Source of the DNA: an uncultured bacterium
Lineage (GTDB): Bacteria > Bacillota_I > Bacilli_A > RF39 > UBA660
DNA length: 64,000 nt
Direction of reading: 5' to 3'
Assembly (NCBI GenBank): GCA_949285875.1
Contig: CASDZZ010000003.1
Coordinates: 349-64,348 of the forward strand
Position 1 is the stretch's first letter. Every line of letters starts with the position of its first letter. The notes below the pieces were generated by a model. That model was given only the letters and a program-made list of their open reading frames with translations. It ran no database searches and was not told the DNA's origin. Position numbers and translations under genes: made by a program. This document shows positions 1-11,319 of the stretch, piece by piece.

Positions 1-1635
1 ATTAAACTTAATGCGGTTGAACTTAATTATAAATATAATGGTGAAGATTATTTGTTTCATTTAATAGATACCCCAGGACACGTAGATTTTTCTTATGAAG
101 TATCAAGGTCACTAGCTGCTTGTGAAGGTGCTATATTAGTTGTTGATGCTGCTCAAGGTATAGAAGCACAAACACTAGCTAATCTTTATCTTGCTTTAGA
201 AAATAATTTAACTATTATTCCAATAATAAATAAAATAGATCTACCTAATGCTGATGTTGATAAAGTGAAAAAGGAAATAATAGATACTTTTGGATTTAAG
301 GAAGAAGATATTATTCTAACTAGTGCTAAAACAGGTGTAGGAATAAATGACTTATTAGAAGCTATAGTGAAAAGAATTCCAGCTCCTAAAGGAGATGAGA
401 ATAAAAATTTAAGAGCTTTAATATTTGATAGTGTCTATGAGTCTTATAGAGGGGCTATCATATTAACTAGAATAGTTGATGGAAAAGTTAAGATTGGTGA
501 CAAAATAAAGATGTTATCCACTGGTGCTACTTACGAAGTTGTAGAGCTAGGTAAACATAATCCTAAAGAATTCAAAAAAAATGAATTAGTTGCAGGTGAA
601 GTTGGTTATTTATGTGCTTCTATAAAAAGTGTAAGTGATATTAAAGTTGGTGATACAATTTGCTTATCTGGTAAGGAAGTTTTACCTCTTTCTGGATATA
701 AGCCAATGAAACCAATGGTTTTTTGCGGACTTTATCCAACTGTTTCTAATAGATATGGAGATTTAAGGGATGCTCTTGAAAAATTAAAACTAAATGATGC
801 TTCACTTTCTTTTGAGCCTGAAACTTCTACGGCATTAGGATTTGGGTATCGTTGTGGTTTTTTAGGAATGCTTCATATGGATGTTATAGAAGAGCGTATT
901 GAAAGAGAATTTGGTATAGATATTATTGCAACATCTCCTTCGGTTGTTTATGAACTTACTTTAACAAATGAAGAAGAAATAGAAGTTGATAATCCTAATA
1001 AAATGCCAGACAAAGCAAATATAAAAGAAATAAGAGAGCCTTATATCAGGACAAATATTTTTGTTCCTAGCGAGTACATAGGTAGTGTTATGGAACTTTG
1101 CCAAAATAAAAGAGGAAATTACATAAACATGGATTATATTAACCCAACTAGGGTAAACATTCATTATGAAATTCCTTTATCTGAAATAGTGTATGATTTC
1201 TTTGATAAGTTAAAATCTTATACTAAAGGGTATGCTTCTTTTGATTACGAAATAATTGGATATAAACCAAGTAATTTGGTTAAAATGGATATTTTAATTA
1301 ACGGAGAAGAAGTTGATGCATTATCTACAATAACTCATAAGGATTTTGCTTATAATAGGGGAAAAGCAGTAGTAGAAAATTTAAAAAAATTAATTCCTAG
1401 ACAACTTTTTGAAGTTCCGATTCAAGCTGTAATTGGTGGTAAAGTTATTGCAAGGACGGATATTAAATCAATGCGTAAGAATGTACTTGCTAAATGTTAT
1501 GGTGGAGACATATCAAGAAAAAGAAAACTTTTAGAAAAACAAAAGGAAGGTAAAAAAAGAATGAAGCGAGTAGGGAATGTTGAAATTCCTCAAGAAGCTT
1601 TCTTATCTGTTTTAAGTATGGATAATGATTCTTAA
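1..1635 (+). CDS. lepA: Elongation factor 4 (LepA), 5'-truncated by the window edge
   Basis: Frame 1 is open from nt 1 ([30 protein letters not shown]...), so the ORF-track Met at 52 is internal. It has the GTPase motifs DTPGH and NKIDL and a LepA-type C-terminus. hemW follows, as in Bacillota. Confidence 0.95.
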   Translation: MKLNAVELNYKYNGEDYLFHLIDTPGHVDFSYEVSRSLAACEGAILVVDAAQGIEAQTLANLYLALENNLTIIPIINKIDLPNADVDKVKKEIIDTFGFKEEDIILTSAKTGVGINDLLEAIVKRIPAPKGDENKNLRALIFDSVYESYRGAIILTRIVDGKVKIGDKIKMLSTGATYEVVELGKHNPKEFKKNELVAGEVGYLCASIKSVSDIKVGDTICLSGKEVLPLSGYKPMKPMVFCGLYPTVSNRYGDLRDALEKLKLNDASLSFEPETSTALGFGYRCGFLGMLHMDVIEERIEREFGIDIIATSPSVVYELTLTNEEEIEVDNPNKMPDKANIKEIREPYIRTNIFVPSEYIGSVMELCQNKRGNYINMDYINPTRVNIHYEIPLSEIVYDFFDKLKSYTKGYASFDYEIIGYKPSNLVKMDILINGEEVDALSTITHKDFAYNRGKAVVENLKKLIPRQLFEVPIQAVIGGKVIARTDIKSMRKNVLAKCYGGDISRKRKLLEKQKEGKKRMKRVGNVEIPQEAFLSVLSMDNDS

Positions 1636-1647
1636 TTAAAGACATAT

Positions 1648-2766
1648 ATGAAAAAAGAAAGTAGTATTAAATCAGTTTATATACATATACCTTTTTGTAA
1701 AAAGTTATGTTCTTACTGCGATTTCTGTAAAAATTATTATGATCCTAAAATTGTTAAAAAATATTTGAGAAAACTAAAAGAAGAAGTTTCTTTAAAATAT
1801 AAGGGAGAAGCATTAAATACTATATACATAGGCGGAGGAACGCCTAGTTCTTTAAGTGAAGATGAGCTTTGTTTGCTTTTTGAAATTACTAATAGTTTTT
1901 CTTTAAATAAAACTTATGAATTTACCTTCGAATGTAATTATGAAGATTTAAATGAGAATATGTTAAAAAAGTTAATTAAAAACAAAGTTAATAGGTTAAG
2001 TATAGGAATGCAAACTTTTAATAGTAAGTTTTCAAAGGTGTTAAACCGAAAGGTTGATAAACAAGAAATGTCAGAAAAGATAAATTTAGCTAAGAAGTAT
2101 TTTTCTAATATAAATATAGATTTAATGTATGCTTTACCTAACGAAAGTATTTTTGAATTAGAAAAAGATTTGGAAGATCTCATTAAAATAAAAGTAACTC
2201 ATATTAGTATTTATGCGTTGATAATTGAAGAAAATACTGTACTTTCTATAAAAAAAGTAAGAGAAGTGGACGATGAAGTTCAGGAAAAAATGTATTTTAC
2301 AATACTAAAACTTTTAAAACAAAATGGGTATAATCATTATGAGATAAGTAATTTTTCTAAGCCTGGATTTGAATCTAAACATAATCTTAATTATTGGAAT
2401 AATGAAGAATACTATGGATTTGGGGCTGGCGCTTCTGGTTTTGTAAATAATGTAAGGTATGATAATACAAGAAGTATTAAAAAATATATTGATGGTAATT
2501 ATTTAAAATATAGTGAAACGCTTGATTTAAAAAAGAAGATTAGTGATGAAATCATGCTTAATTTAAGAAAAACAGAAGGTATTAACAAAGCAAATTTCTT
2601 TTTAAAGTATAATAAAAAACTAAATGATTTATTTGATATAGAAATGTTGAAAAAACAAGGATTTTTATTAGAAGATGAAAAGAAAATATGGATAGCAGAA
2701 AAATACTTATTTGTGTCTAATGAAATTATATTAAGATTTTTAGAAAACTCTATATTGAATAATTAA
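1648..2766 (+). CDS. hemW: Radical SAM heme chaperone HemW (HemN-like, oxygen-independent coproporphyrinogen oxidase family)
   Basis: N-terminal YIHIPFCKKLCSYCDF (CxxxCxxC radical SAM cluster), GGGTPS motif, 372 aa. It sits at the conserved position after lepA. Confidence 0.9.
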   Translation: MKKESSIKSVYIHIPFCKKLCSYCDFCKNYYDPKIVKKYLRKLKEEVSLKYKGEALNTIYIGGGTPSSLSEDELCLLFEITNSFSLNKTYEFTFECNYEDLNENMLKKLIKNKVNRLSIGMQTFNSKFSKVLNRKVDKQEMSEKINLAKKYFSNINIDLMYALPNESIFELEKDLEDLIKIKVTHISIYALIIEENTVLSIKKVREVDDEVQEKMYFTILKLLKQNGYNHYEISNFSKPGFESKHNLNYWNNEEYYGFGAGASGFVNNVRYDNTRSIKKYIDGNYLKYSETLDLKKKISDEIMLNLRKTEGINKANFFLKYNKKLNDLFDIEMLKKQGFLLEDEKKIWIAEKYLFVSNEIILRFLENSILNN

Positions 2767-2808
2767 AAAAATTAATGTATAATTATTTTAGAATATGGAG
2801 GTTTATTT

Positions 2809-3186
2809 ATGGAAACAGAAAATAAAGAAGAAATTATTGAAGAAATAAAAGATACAGAAGAAACTATAACTCCAGATACTAAAATAGACGAGGTTGCGAC
2901 AAATTCTTTAGAAAGCACTCCTAATAAGGAAAATGAAAATTCTTTAGAAAATGCGCCTGTTAAGGAAGAATCAGTTGTTTCTGAAAAGCAGCAAAGCCCT
3001 AATCAACCAGAGCAGAATGTTGGTGCAGAAACAAATGAAAAAAATGAAGATGTTATAGCTAAAAAAGAAAAGAATAAGAAAAAACTACCTTTAATTATTT
3101 TTCTTGTGATATTGCTAATAATTGATATTGCAGCCTTAGTTATTTATTTAATCGGTATAGATAAAGTTTTAGGCTTTATTAAATAA
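2809..3186 (+). CDS. Hypothetical acidic protein with a C-terminal transmembrane anchor
   Basis: RBS GGAGG lies 7 nt upstream of the ATG. The N-terminal ~95 aa are E/N/K-rich and low in complexity, followed by one hydrophobic helix (LPLIIFLVILLIIDIAALVIYLIGI). No recognisable family. Confidence 0.5.
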   Translation: METENKEEIIEEIKDTEETITPDTKIDEVATNSLESTPNKENENSLENAPVKEESVVSEKQQSPNQPEQNVGAETNEKNEDVIAKKEKNKKKLPLIIFLVILLIIDIAALVIYLIGIDKVLGFIK

Positions 3187-3262
3187 ATCAATATGAAAGT
3201 ATTGATTTTTTTATTGCACTAAATTAATTAAAATGATATTATTTAATTAGAAAGGATAGGTA

Positions 3263-4709
3263 GTGATGAAGGATAAGTTAAAACAAAGGAAAATATTAAT
3301 AATAGTACTAGCTGTAATACTTACGTTATCAGTGGGATATGCAATATTTAGTGAATCATTAAACATAAGTGGTTCAGCATCAACTGGAAGCACTAACTTT
3401 AATATCGTGTTTGATAGGGTTGGTAATATAAGAGAAGTAGAAGCAAGTAATACAACAGCAGAGATAAAAGAAAGTGGTAAAAAATTAGAGATAAATGTAC
3501 CCGGCCTTTCTATGCCAACAGCATATGCAATAATACCAGTTACAATAAAAAATAACGGAGATATAACAGCAAAGGTAAAAGAAATTAGAACAGAAGGACT
3601 TGATACTACTGATATAAAAGTAACTTGAAGTAAATATTAAAGTGATTTGGGATAGATCATCTACAAGTACAAGTGTAGAAGCTAGCTTTAGTATAGAAAT
3701 AGTATATGAACAAGTAGCAAGTGGTAGTGTTACAACAACTACACCAGTAGTTGATAACAGATTTATTTATGAAGGAACGAAATTAATGGGATTATCTGCT
3801 GAAGGAGAAGAATATTTTAAGCAATCAGAAAATAAAGAATTAATTATACCAGAAGGAACAACAGAAATAGCAGATGGAGCATTTTTTGTGCCTTATGGAT
3901 ATGAAGGGGAAAAACCAGATTTTTTGTTTTTTGAAAGTCTTTTAGCAGATTATATATTGAATAATTTAACTGATGAGGAAAAACTAAAATTTGAAAAAGA
4001 AAATGAACTTTTTTCAGCTATATCTGAGTATAATATTCAGAATTCTAGATTAAAAGATTATACTGTTAAATTTCCTAATTCTCTAATTTCTATCGGTAGA
4101 GGATCGTTTGCATCTCTAATGCTAACAGGAGATTTAATAATACCAAATAGTGTAAAAGAAATAGGTTCAATGGCTTTTACAGCAAATGGTTTTAATGGGA
4201 TTTTAAAATTATCAAACTCTTTAAGTAAAATAGATATTCAAGCTTTTGCCGGCAATCAATTTAGTGGAGGGTTAACTATTCCAGATAGTGTTGCAAGTAT
4301 AGAATTTAATGCTTTTTTTTCTTCTGGCTTTTCTAGTAACTTAGTATTATCAAAAAATTTAAAAAAAATTGATATGATGGCTTTTGCAGCTAACCAATTC
4401 ATTGGGGGTTTGGTAATACCAGATAGCGTAACGGAAATTGGAATGAGTGCTTTTGGAGAATCTGGTTTTACCGGTACATTAACATTACCAAATAGCATAA
4501 CAAAAATTGAGAATGGTACATTTTCTGGCACTGGTTTTACAGGAGAATTATACATACCAGATACTGTAACAGATATAGATTATAATGCTTTTTGGGATTG
4601 TAATAATTTAACATCAGTATCAATACCATCAAGCACAACATATAAAGAAGTTGCATCTGGTGGTGATGATCCATCCTTTCCAACAGGAATACCAATAAAT
4701 AAAAGATAA
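3263..4709 (+). pseudogene. Frameshifted paralog of the BspA-type LRR surface protein at 59571..60998
   Basis: ORFs 3263..3628 and 3642..4709 are colinear with the single 486-aa ORF at 59538..60998. The break is at GTAACT TGA (3626..3628). The second frame is +1 relative to the first and is open from 3624. Compared with the intact copy, the segment encoding YEGLLLEDVLNPNDER is missing. LRR_5-like repeats (IPxSVxxIGxxAF) follow. Confidence 0.75.
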
Positions 4710-4713
4710 TTCT

Positions 4714-4745
4714 TGAAACTTACTTATGTAGGTTTCTTTTTTTTG
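4714..4745 (+). terminator. Putative intrinsic terminator after the LRR pseudogene
   Basis: Short stem GAAAC/GTTTC (plus a U-G pair) followed by a T8 run. Weak stem. Confidence 0.45.
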
Positions 4746-4762
4746 TAAAATTTTATCTATTT

Positions 4763-4789
4763 TTAGCACTCATGTATTGACATTGCTAA
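4763..4789 (+). promoter_or_regulatory. CIRCE operator (HrcA binding site), imperfect right arm
   Basis: TTAGCACTC-N9-CATTGCTAA versus the consensus TTAGCACTC-N9-GAGTGCTAA. The left arm is perfect and the right arm matches 7 of 9. It lies directly upstream of hrcA. Confidence 0.8.
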
Positions 4790-4805
4790 AATTACATATT
4801 ATAAT
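4777..4805 (+). promoter_or_regulatory. SigA-type promoter of the hrcA-grpE-dnaK operon
   Basis: TTGACA (4777..4782), a 17-nt spacer, then TATAAT (4800..4805). The -35 box and spacer overlap the CIRCE element. Confidence 0.7.
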
Positions 4806-4835
4806 GTTGGTAGACTACAAAAAGAAGGTGGATAT

Positions 4836-5825
4836 GTGATAACAGAAAGACAAAGTAAGCTTCTTAAATTGATTGTAGAAGAATATATTAAAACAGCAAC
4901 TCCAGTGGGATCTGGAGCAATATGCAAAATATTAGATTGTTCTTCAGCTACGATTAGAAATGAGATGGCAGTATTAGAAGAACTTGGATATTTGGAAAAG
5001 ACTCATACTTCTTCTGGTAGGGTTCCAAGTGAGCTTGGTTATAGGTATTATGTAGATTATTTAATGAAACCTAAGGAAATGACAGGAGAAGATATGCTTA
5101 AACTTCAGACTATTTTTGATAATAAGCAACTAGCTTTATCAGATGTAATAACAAGAAGTTTAGAAATTATTTCTGAGATAACAAACTGTACATCAGTTGT
5201 TTTAGGGTCTGATAGTTCGAATAATAATCTTAAACAAGTAGAAGTTGTTCCTTTAAGTGAGAATAGTATAATTGCAATTGTTATCACTGATAAAGGACAT
5301 ATAGAACATAAACAATTAAATGTTGGAGAAAGAGTATCCACTTCTGAGATGAAAAAGGTAGTTGAATTAATTAATAAGTTATTAGTGGGAACTCCACTAG
5401 ATGAAGTAAGTTCTAAATTAGAATTTGAGATTAAACCAATTATAGGAAATTATGTTAAATCTCATGAAGCTTTGTATCAGGCTTTTTATAATGCATTTAA
5501 TGAATTTTCATTTAAGAGTCATATGCATATGGCTGGAAGAACAAAATTATTAGATTATAGAGAGTTTGATAACGTTAATAAAGTTAAAGAAATATTAGAT
5601 AAGTTTGATGATGATAATATGATTAAAAAAATTGAAGCTGATGATAATGATATAAACGTTTTTATAGGTCATGAAAATAATTTTGATGATGATGTATCTG
5701 TTATAAAAACTAAGTATAACATTAATGGGGATGAAGGCACTATTGCAATAGTTGGACCTAAAAGAATGGATTATGAAAAGGTTGTTTCCCTTCTTAACTT
5801 TATTAAACGTAACATAGAAAGGTAG
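4836..5825 (+). CDS. hrcA: Heat-inducible transcription repressor HrcA
   Basis: GTG start after RBS GAAGGTGG. The N-terminal winged helix reads ERQSKLLKLIVEEYIKTATPVGSGAI. 329 aa, CIRCE upstream, grpE downstream. Confidence 0.93.
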   Translation: MITERQSKLLKLIVEEYIKTATPVGSGAICKILDCSSATIRNEMAVLEELGYLEKTHTSSGRVPSELGYRYYVDYLMKPKEMTGEDMLKLQTIFDNKQLALSDVITRSLEIISEITNCTSVVLGSDSSNNNLKQVEVVPLSENSIIAIVITDKGHIEHKQLNVGERVSTSEMKKVVELINKLLVGTPLDEVSSKLEFEIKPIIGNYVKSHEALYQAFYNAFNEFSFKSHMHMAGRTKLLDYREFDNVNKVKEILDKFDDDNMIKKIEADDNDINVFIGHENNFDDDVSVIKTKYNINGDEGTIAIVGPKRMDYEKVVSLLNFIKRNIER

Positions 5826-5830
5826 GTACT

Positions 5831-6376
5831 ATGGAAAAAAAAGTAGATAAAAAACCAAAAAAAGAAGGAAAAAATATTGAAGATAATAAAGAAATTAAAC
5901 AAGAAAATATTGAACTTACAAAGCAAGAAGTAGAAGAGATGAATAAAAAAGTTACAGAAGCTGAAGAAAAAGCTTTAAGAGCTCAAGCTGAACTAATAAA
6001 TTATCGTAAAAGAAAAGATGAAGAAACTGAAAAAAGATTAAAATATGCTAATGAAGATTTAATTTTAGAAATTCTTCCTGTTCTTGATAATTTTGAGAGA
6101 GCTATTAAAATGGACGATGATAACTTAGAAGATGAAGTATCACAGTTTTTACAGGGAATAAAAATGGTTTATGCAGGCCTTACTAAAGCTTTAGAAAAAT
6201 ATGGCGTTAAGGAAATAGAAGCTTTAGGTAAAGAGTTTAATGCAAACTATCATCAAGCAGTTATGACTGAATCTATAGATGATAAAGAAAAAGATATTAT
6301 TTTAGAGGTATATCAAAAAGGATATATGCTTAAAGATAAATTACTTAGACCAGCGATGGTTAAGGTAAACAAATAA
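5831..6376 (+). CDS. grpE: Nucleotide exchange factor GrpE
   Basis: Coiled-coil N-terminus with RAQAELINYRKR, then LPVLDNFERA and the C-terminal LRPAMV motif. Confidence 0.95.
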   Translation: MEKKVDKKPKKEGKNIEDNKEIKQENIELTKQEVEEMNKKVTEAEEKALRAQAELINYRKRKDEETEKRLKYANEDLILEILPVLDNFERAIKMDDDNLEDEVSQFLQGIKMVYAGLTKALEKYGVKEIEALGKEFNANYHQAVMTESIDDKEKDIILEVYQKGYMLKDKLLRPAMVKVNK

Positions 6377-6390
6377 AGAAAGGATGATAA

Positions 6391-8223
<1,833 letters not shown>

Positions 8224-8287
8224 TAAAGCATTAAAGTTCTAGGAAACTAGAACTTTATGCGTAATTAAATAAAAAAAGGAGACTCTC

Positions 8288-10090
8288 ATGGCTAAAGAAG
8301 AAAAGAAAAGAAGTGAGATAGAAGAAAAATATAAATGGGATTTAACCAAGATGTATGAAAATGAAGTTGCCTTTAATGAAGATTTAGATAAAGCTTTGAA
8401 ATTAATTAACCAAATAAAAGATTTTAAAGGAATAATAACAAAAAATTCAGAAACTTTGTATAAATATATGAAACTTGATGACGAGATAAATATCTTGATT
8501 ACTAATTTATATGTTTATGCAAGTTGTAAAAATGATGAAAATATGGAAGACGATAATTCTCGAAAAATGTATTCTAAAGTATTAAATTTATTATCTAAAT
8601 ATGATGATTTGTCTAGTTTTGTCGGTCCAGAATTGTTAAATACAAATTATGCGGTTAAAAAAAAATACATAGAAGAAAATGATGATTTAAAAGAATATAA
8701 ATTTGATTTAGAACAAATTTATCGTTATCAACCTCATGTTTTAAGTGAAAATGAAGAAAAATTAATTTCTAATATAAGTGAATTGAGAAACAAATTTGAA
8801 AACAATTTTAATATTATAAATAATACATTAGTTGATTTGGGTTATATTAAGGATGAAAATGGTAATGAAGTTAAACTTACTAATGGTAATTATTCTAAAT
8901 ATATAAGGTCGTTTGACCGTAGGGTAAGACGTGATGCTTACATTGCTAGGGGTGAAGCTTATAAAAAGTTTGCAAACCTAATTTCTACTGATTACGAAGC
9001 TACTATTAAATCAAATAGCATGATTTCAAAAGCTAAAGGTTACAAATCTAACCTTGATATGTATTTATTTAGTGATGGGTTAACAACTGAGATATATGAT
9101 AATTTACTTAAGGTAGCAGATGAGAATTTAAATGTACTTCATAAGTTTTATAAATTAAAAAAAGATATTTTAAAACTTGAAGAGTTATGTGTTTATGATT
9201 TATCAGTACCTTTAGTTAAAAGTAATGATAAAAAATACACGCCTGAAGATGCTATAAACATCATATGTGATGCTGTAAGTATATATGGAGAGGAATACGC
9301 TTCAAAGGTAAGACAACTCTTTAATGAAAGATGCATAGATTTTTATCCAAATAAAGGAAAAAGAACGGGATATTATCAAAATAATTCTTTTCTTGGAATA
9401 GTTGTTCTTTGCAATTATAATGGCGATTATAGTTCTGTTTCATCTGTAGCACATGAATTAGGACATGCTATGCATTCTTATTATAGTATGAAAAATAATA
9501 AGGAGCATTTATCTGAATATGCTATTTTAGTGGCAGAAATAGCATCTTTAACCAATGAGTTGATTTTATCTAATTACATAATTAATAATACTTCTGATAA
9601 AAACTTGAAATTAGAATCAATAAATAACATTTTAGATGTTTTTGCGGATAATTTTTATGGAACACTATGTGAAGGCTCAGTATTTGAAAAAATAGTGCAT
9701 AGTAAAATAGAAAATGATGAAGTTTTATCAGAAAATGATTTTAATGAAATATTTGACAAGATAATAAAAAAACATCATGGAAAATTAGTAAAAGAATCAG
9801 ATTATACTAAATATAATTGGGCAAGAATTTCTCATTTTTACACTCCTTTTTACTATTATAAATATTCTATTGGGGTTTGTGGGGCTTGCTATGTTGCTAA
9901 AAAAATATTAAATGGAGATAAAGAATTTTTAAATAAATATTTAAATTTCTTAAAACTTGGTGGTAGCATGATGCCACTTGATGAGTTAAAAACAATTGGA
10001 CTAGATTTATCTAAAACGGAAGTAATTGAAGAAGGTATAAAATACTTTAATCAATTAATTGATGAGTTTGAAGAGTTATATAATAGTTAG
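8288..10090 (+). CDS. pepF: Oligoendopeptidase F (M3B metallopeptidase)
   Basis: 600 aa with the HELGHAMH zinc motif and an N-terminus typical of PepF (KYKWDLTKMY). Confidence 0.85.
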   Translation: MAKEEKKRSEIEEKYKWDLTKMYENEVAFNEDLDKALKLINQIKDFKGIITKNSETLYKYMKLDDEINILITNLYVYASCKNDENMEDDNSRKMYSKVLNLLSKYDDLSSFVGPELLNTNYAVKKKYIEENDDLKEYKFDLEQIYRYQPHVLSENEEKLISNISELRNKFENNFNIINNTLVDLGYIKDENGNEVKLTNGNYSKYIRSFDRRVRRDAYIARGEAYKKFANLISTDYEATIKSNSMISKAKGYKSNLDMYLFSDGLTTEIYDNLLKVADENLNVLHKFYKLKKDILKLEELCVYDLSVPLVKSNDKKYTPEDAINIICDAVSIYGEEYASKVRQLFNERCIDFYPNKGKRTGYYQNNSFLGIVVLCNYNGDYSSVSSVAHELGHAMHSYYSMKNNKEHLSEYAILVAEIASLTNELILSNYIINNTSDKNLKLESINNILDVFADNFYGTLCEGSVFEKIVHSKIENDEVLSENDFNEIFDKIIKKHHGKLVKESDYTKYNWARISHFYTPFYYYKYSIGVCGACYVAKKILNGDKEFLNKYLNFLKLGGSMMPLDELKTIGLDLSKTEVIEEGIKYFNQLIDEFEELYNS

Positions 10091-10102
10091 GAGGTACGAA
10101 CT

Positions 10103-11239
10103 ATGAATAAGAAAGATTATTATGAAGTGCTGGGAGTTTCTAAAAATGCTACAGAAGCTGAAATAAAAAGTGCTTTTAGAAAACTTGCTAAAAAATATCA
10201 CCCAGATGTTTCTAAAGAACCTAATGCTGCAGAGAAATTTAAAGAAGCTCAAGAAGCTTATGCGGTATTATCAGATAAAGAAAAAAGAAGTAGATATGAT
10301 CAGTTTGGACATGCAGCTTTTGATCAAAACGGAGGTTTTGGCGGAACTGGATTTTCTGGATTTGAAGATTTTGATATGTCAGATATATTAAAAGATATAT
10401 TTGGTGGTGGCTTTGGTTTTGGTGGTTCATCATTTTTTGGAGGATCAGGAAGAGGTAATGCTAGAAGAGCTACTAAGGGTGAAGATATAAGTGTCATTTT
10501 TGAAATGGATTTTGAGGAAGCTGCTTTTGGTACAGAAACCACGGTTTCACTTAATATTACTGATAACTGTGAAGAATGTGATGGCCATGGTGGAACGGGT
10601 ATAAAAACTTGTCCTGACTGCGGCGGAACTGGTTATGTAAAAGAACAACAACGCAGTATTTTAGGAGCTTTTATTACCCAAAGACCATGCTCTAGATGTG
10701 ACGGAACAGGGGAAACTTATACTAATAAATGTTCTTCATGTAAAGGTACGGGAAAGAAAAAAGTAAAGAAAAATATAATTGTAAAGGTACCTGCTGGAGT
10801 AGATACTGGAGATCATTTAAGAGTTCCTGGAAAAGGTCCTGCTGGTGAAAATGGGGGCCCTAATGGAGACGTTTATATTGAAATTAGGGTAAAAGATCAT
10901 CCTTTATTTGATAGGAAAGGTAGCGATTTATATGTTACTTTACCTCTTACTTTTACGGAAGCTACATTAGGATGTAAAAAAGAAGTTCCAACCCTTGATG
11001 GTAATGTAATTTTAAGTGTTCCTGCAGGAAGTCAAACCGGACAGAAACACCGCATTAAAGGTAAAGGTTTAAAAAGCCCTTCAAGAAAAACTGTTGGTGA
11101 TATGTATGTCATATTAAAAGTGGTTACTCCAACAAAAATAGATAGAAAACAGAAAAAATTATTGGAAGAATTAGATAAAACTAACTTAAAAAACTCAGAC
11201 TTTGATGTTTATGAAAAGTATTTGAAGAAAAATAAGTAA
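10103..11239 (+). CDS. dnaJ: Co-chaperone DnaJ
   Basis: J domain with HPD ([10 protein letters not shown]), a G/F-rich linker, and four CxxCxGxG zinc-finger repeats. Confidence 0.97.
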   Translation: MNKKDYYEVLGVSKNATEAEIKSAFRKLAKKYHPDVSKEPNAAEKFKEAQEAYAVLSDKEKRSRYDQFGHAAFDQNGGFGGTGFSGFEDFDMSDILKDIFGGGFGFGGSSFFGGSGRGNARRATKGEDISVIFEMDFEEAAFGTETTVSLNITDNCEECDGHGGTGIKTCPDCGGTGYVKEQQRSILGAFITQRPCSRCDGTGETYTNKCSSCKGTGKKKVKKNIIVKVPAGVDTGDHLRVPGKGPAGENGGPNGDVYIEIRVKDHPLFDRKGSDLYVTLPLTFTEATLGCKKEVPTLDGNVILSVPAGSQTGQKHRIKGKGLKSPSRKTVGDMYVILKVVTPTKIDRKQKKLLEELDKTNLKNSDFDVYEKYLKKNK

Positions 11240-11319
11240 ATCTTTAAATACTTTTTATTTGTAATATTTTTTATGATAAAAAAATGGTATAATAATTATT
11301 ATAGAAAGAAGCGATTAAT

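Noticed and set aside
3620-3645. Programmed +1 ribosomal frameshift at ACT TGA joining the two LRR ORFs (prfB-like).
   Set aside because: There is no CUU-UGA-C slippery context and no upstream SD-like stimulator. tRNA-Thr cannot re-pair in +1. The intact paralog shows a real deletion at this spot.
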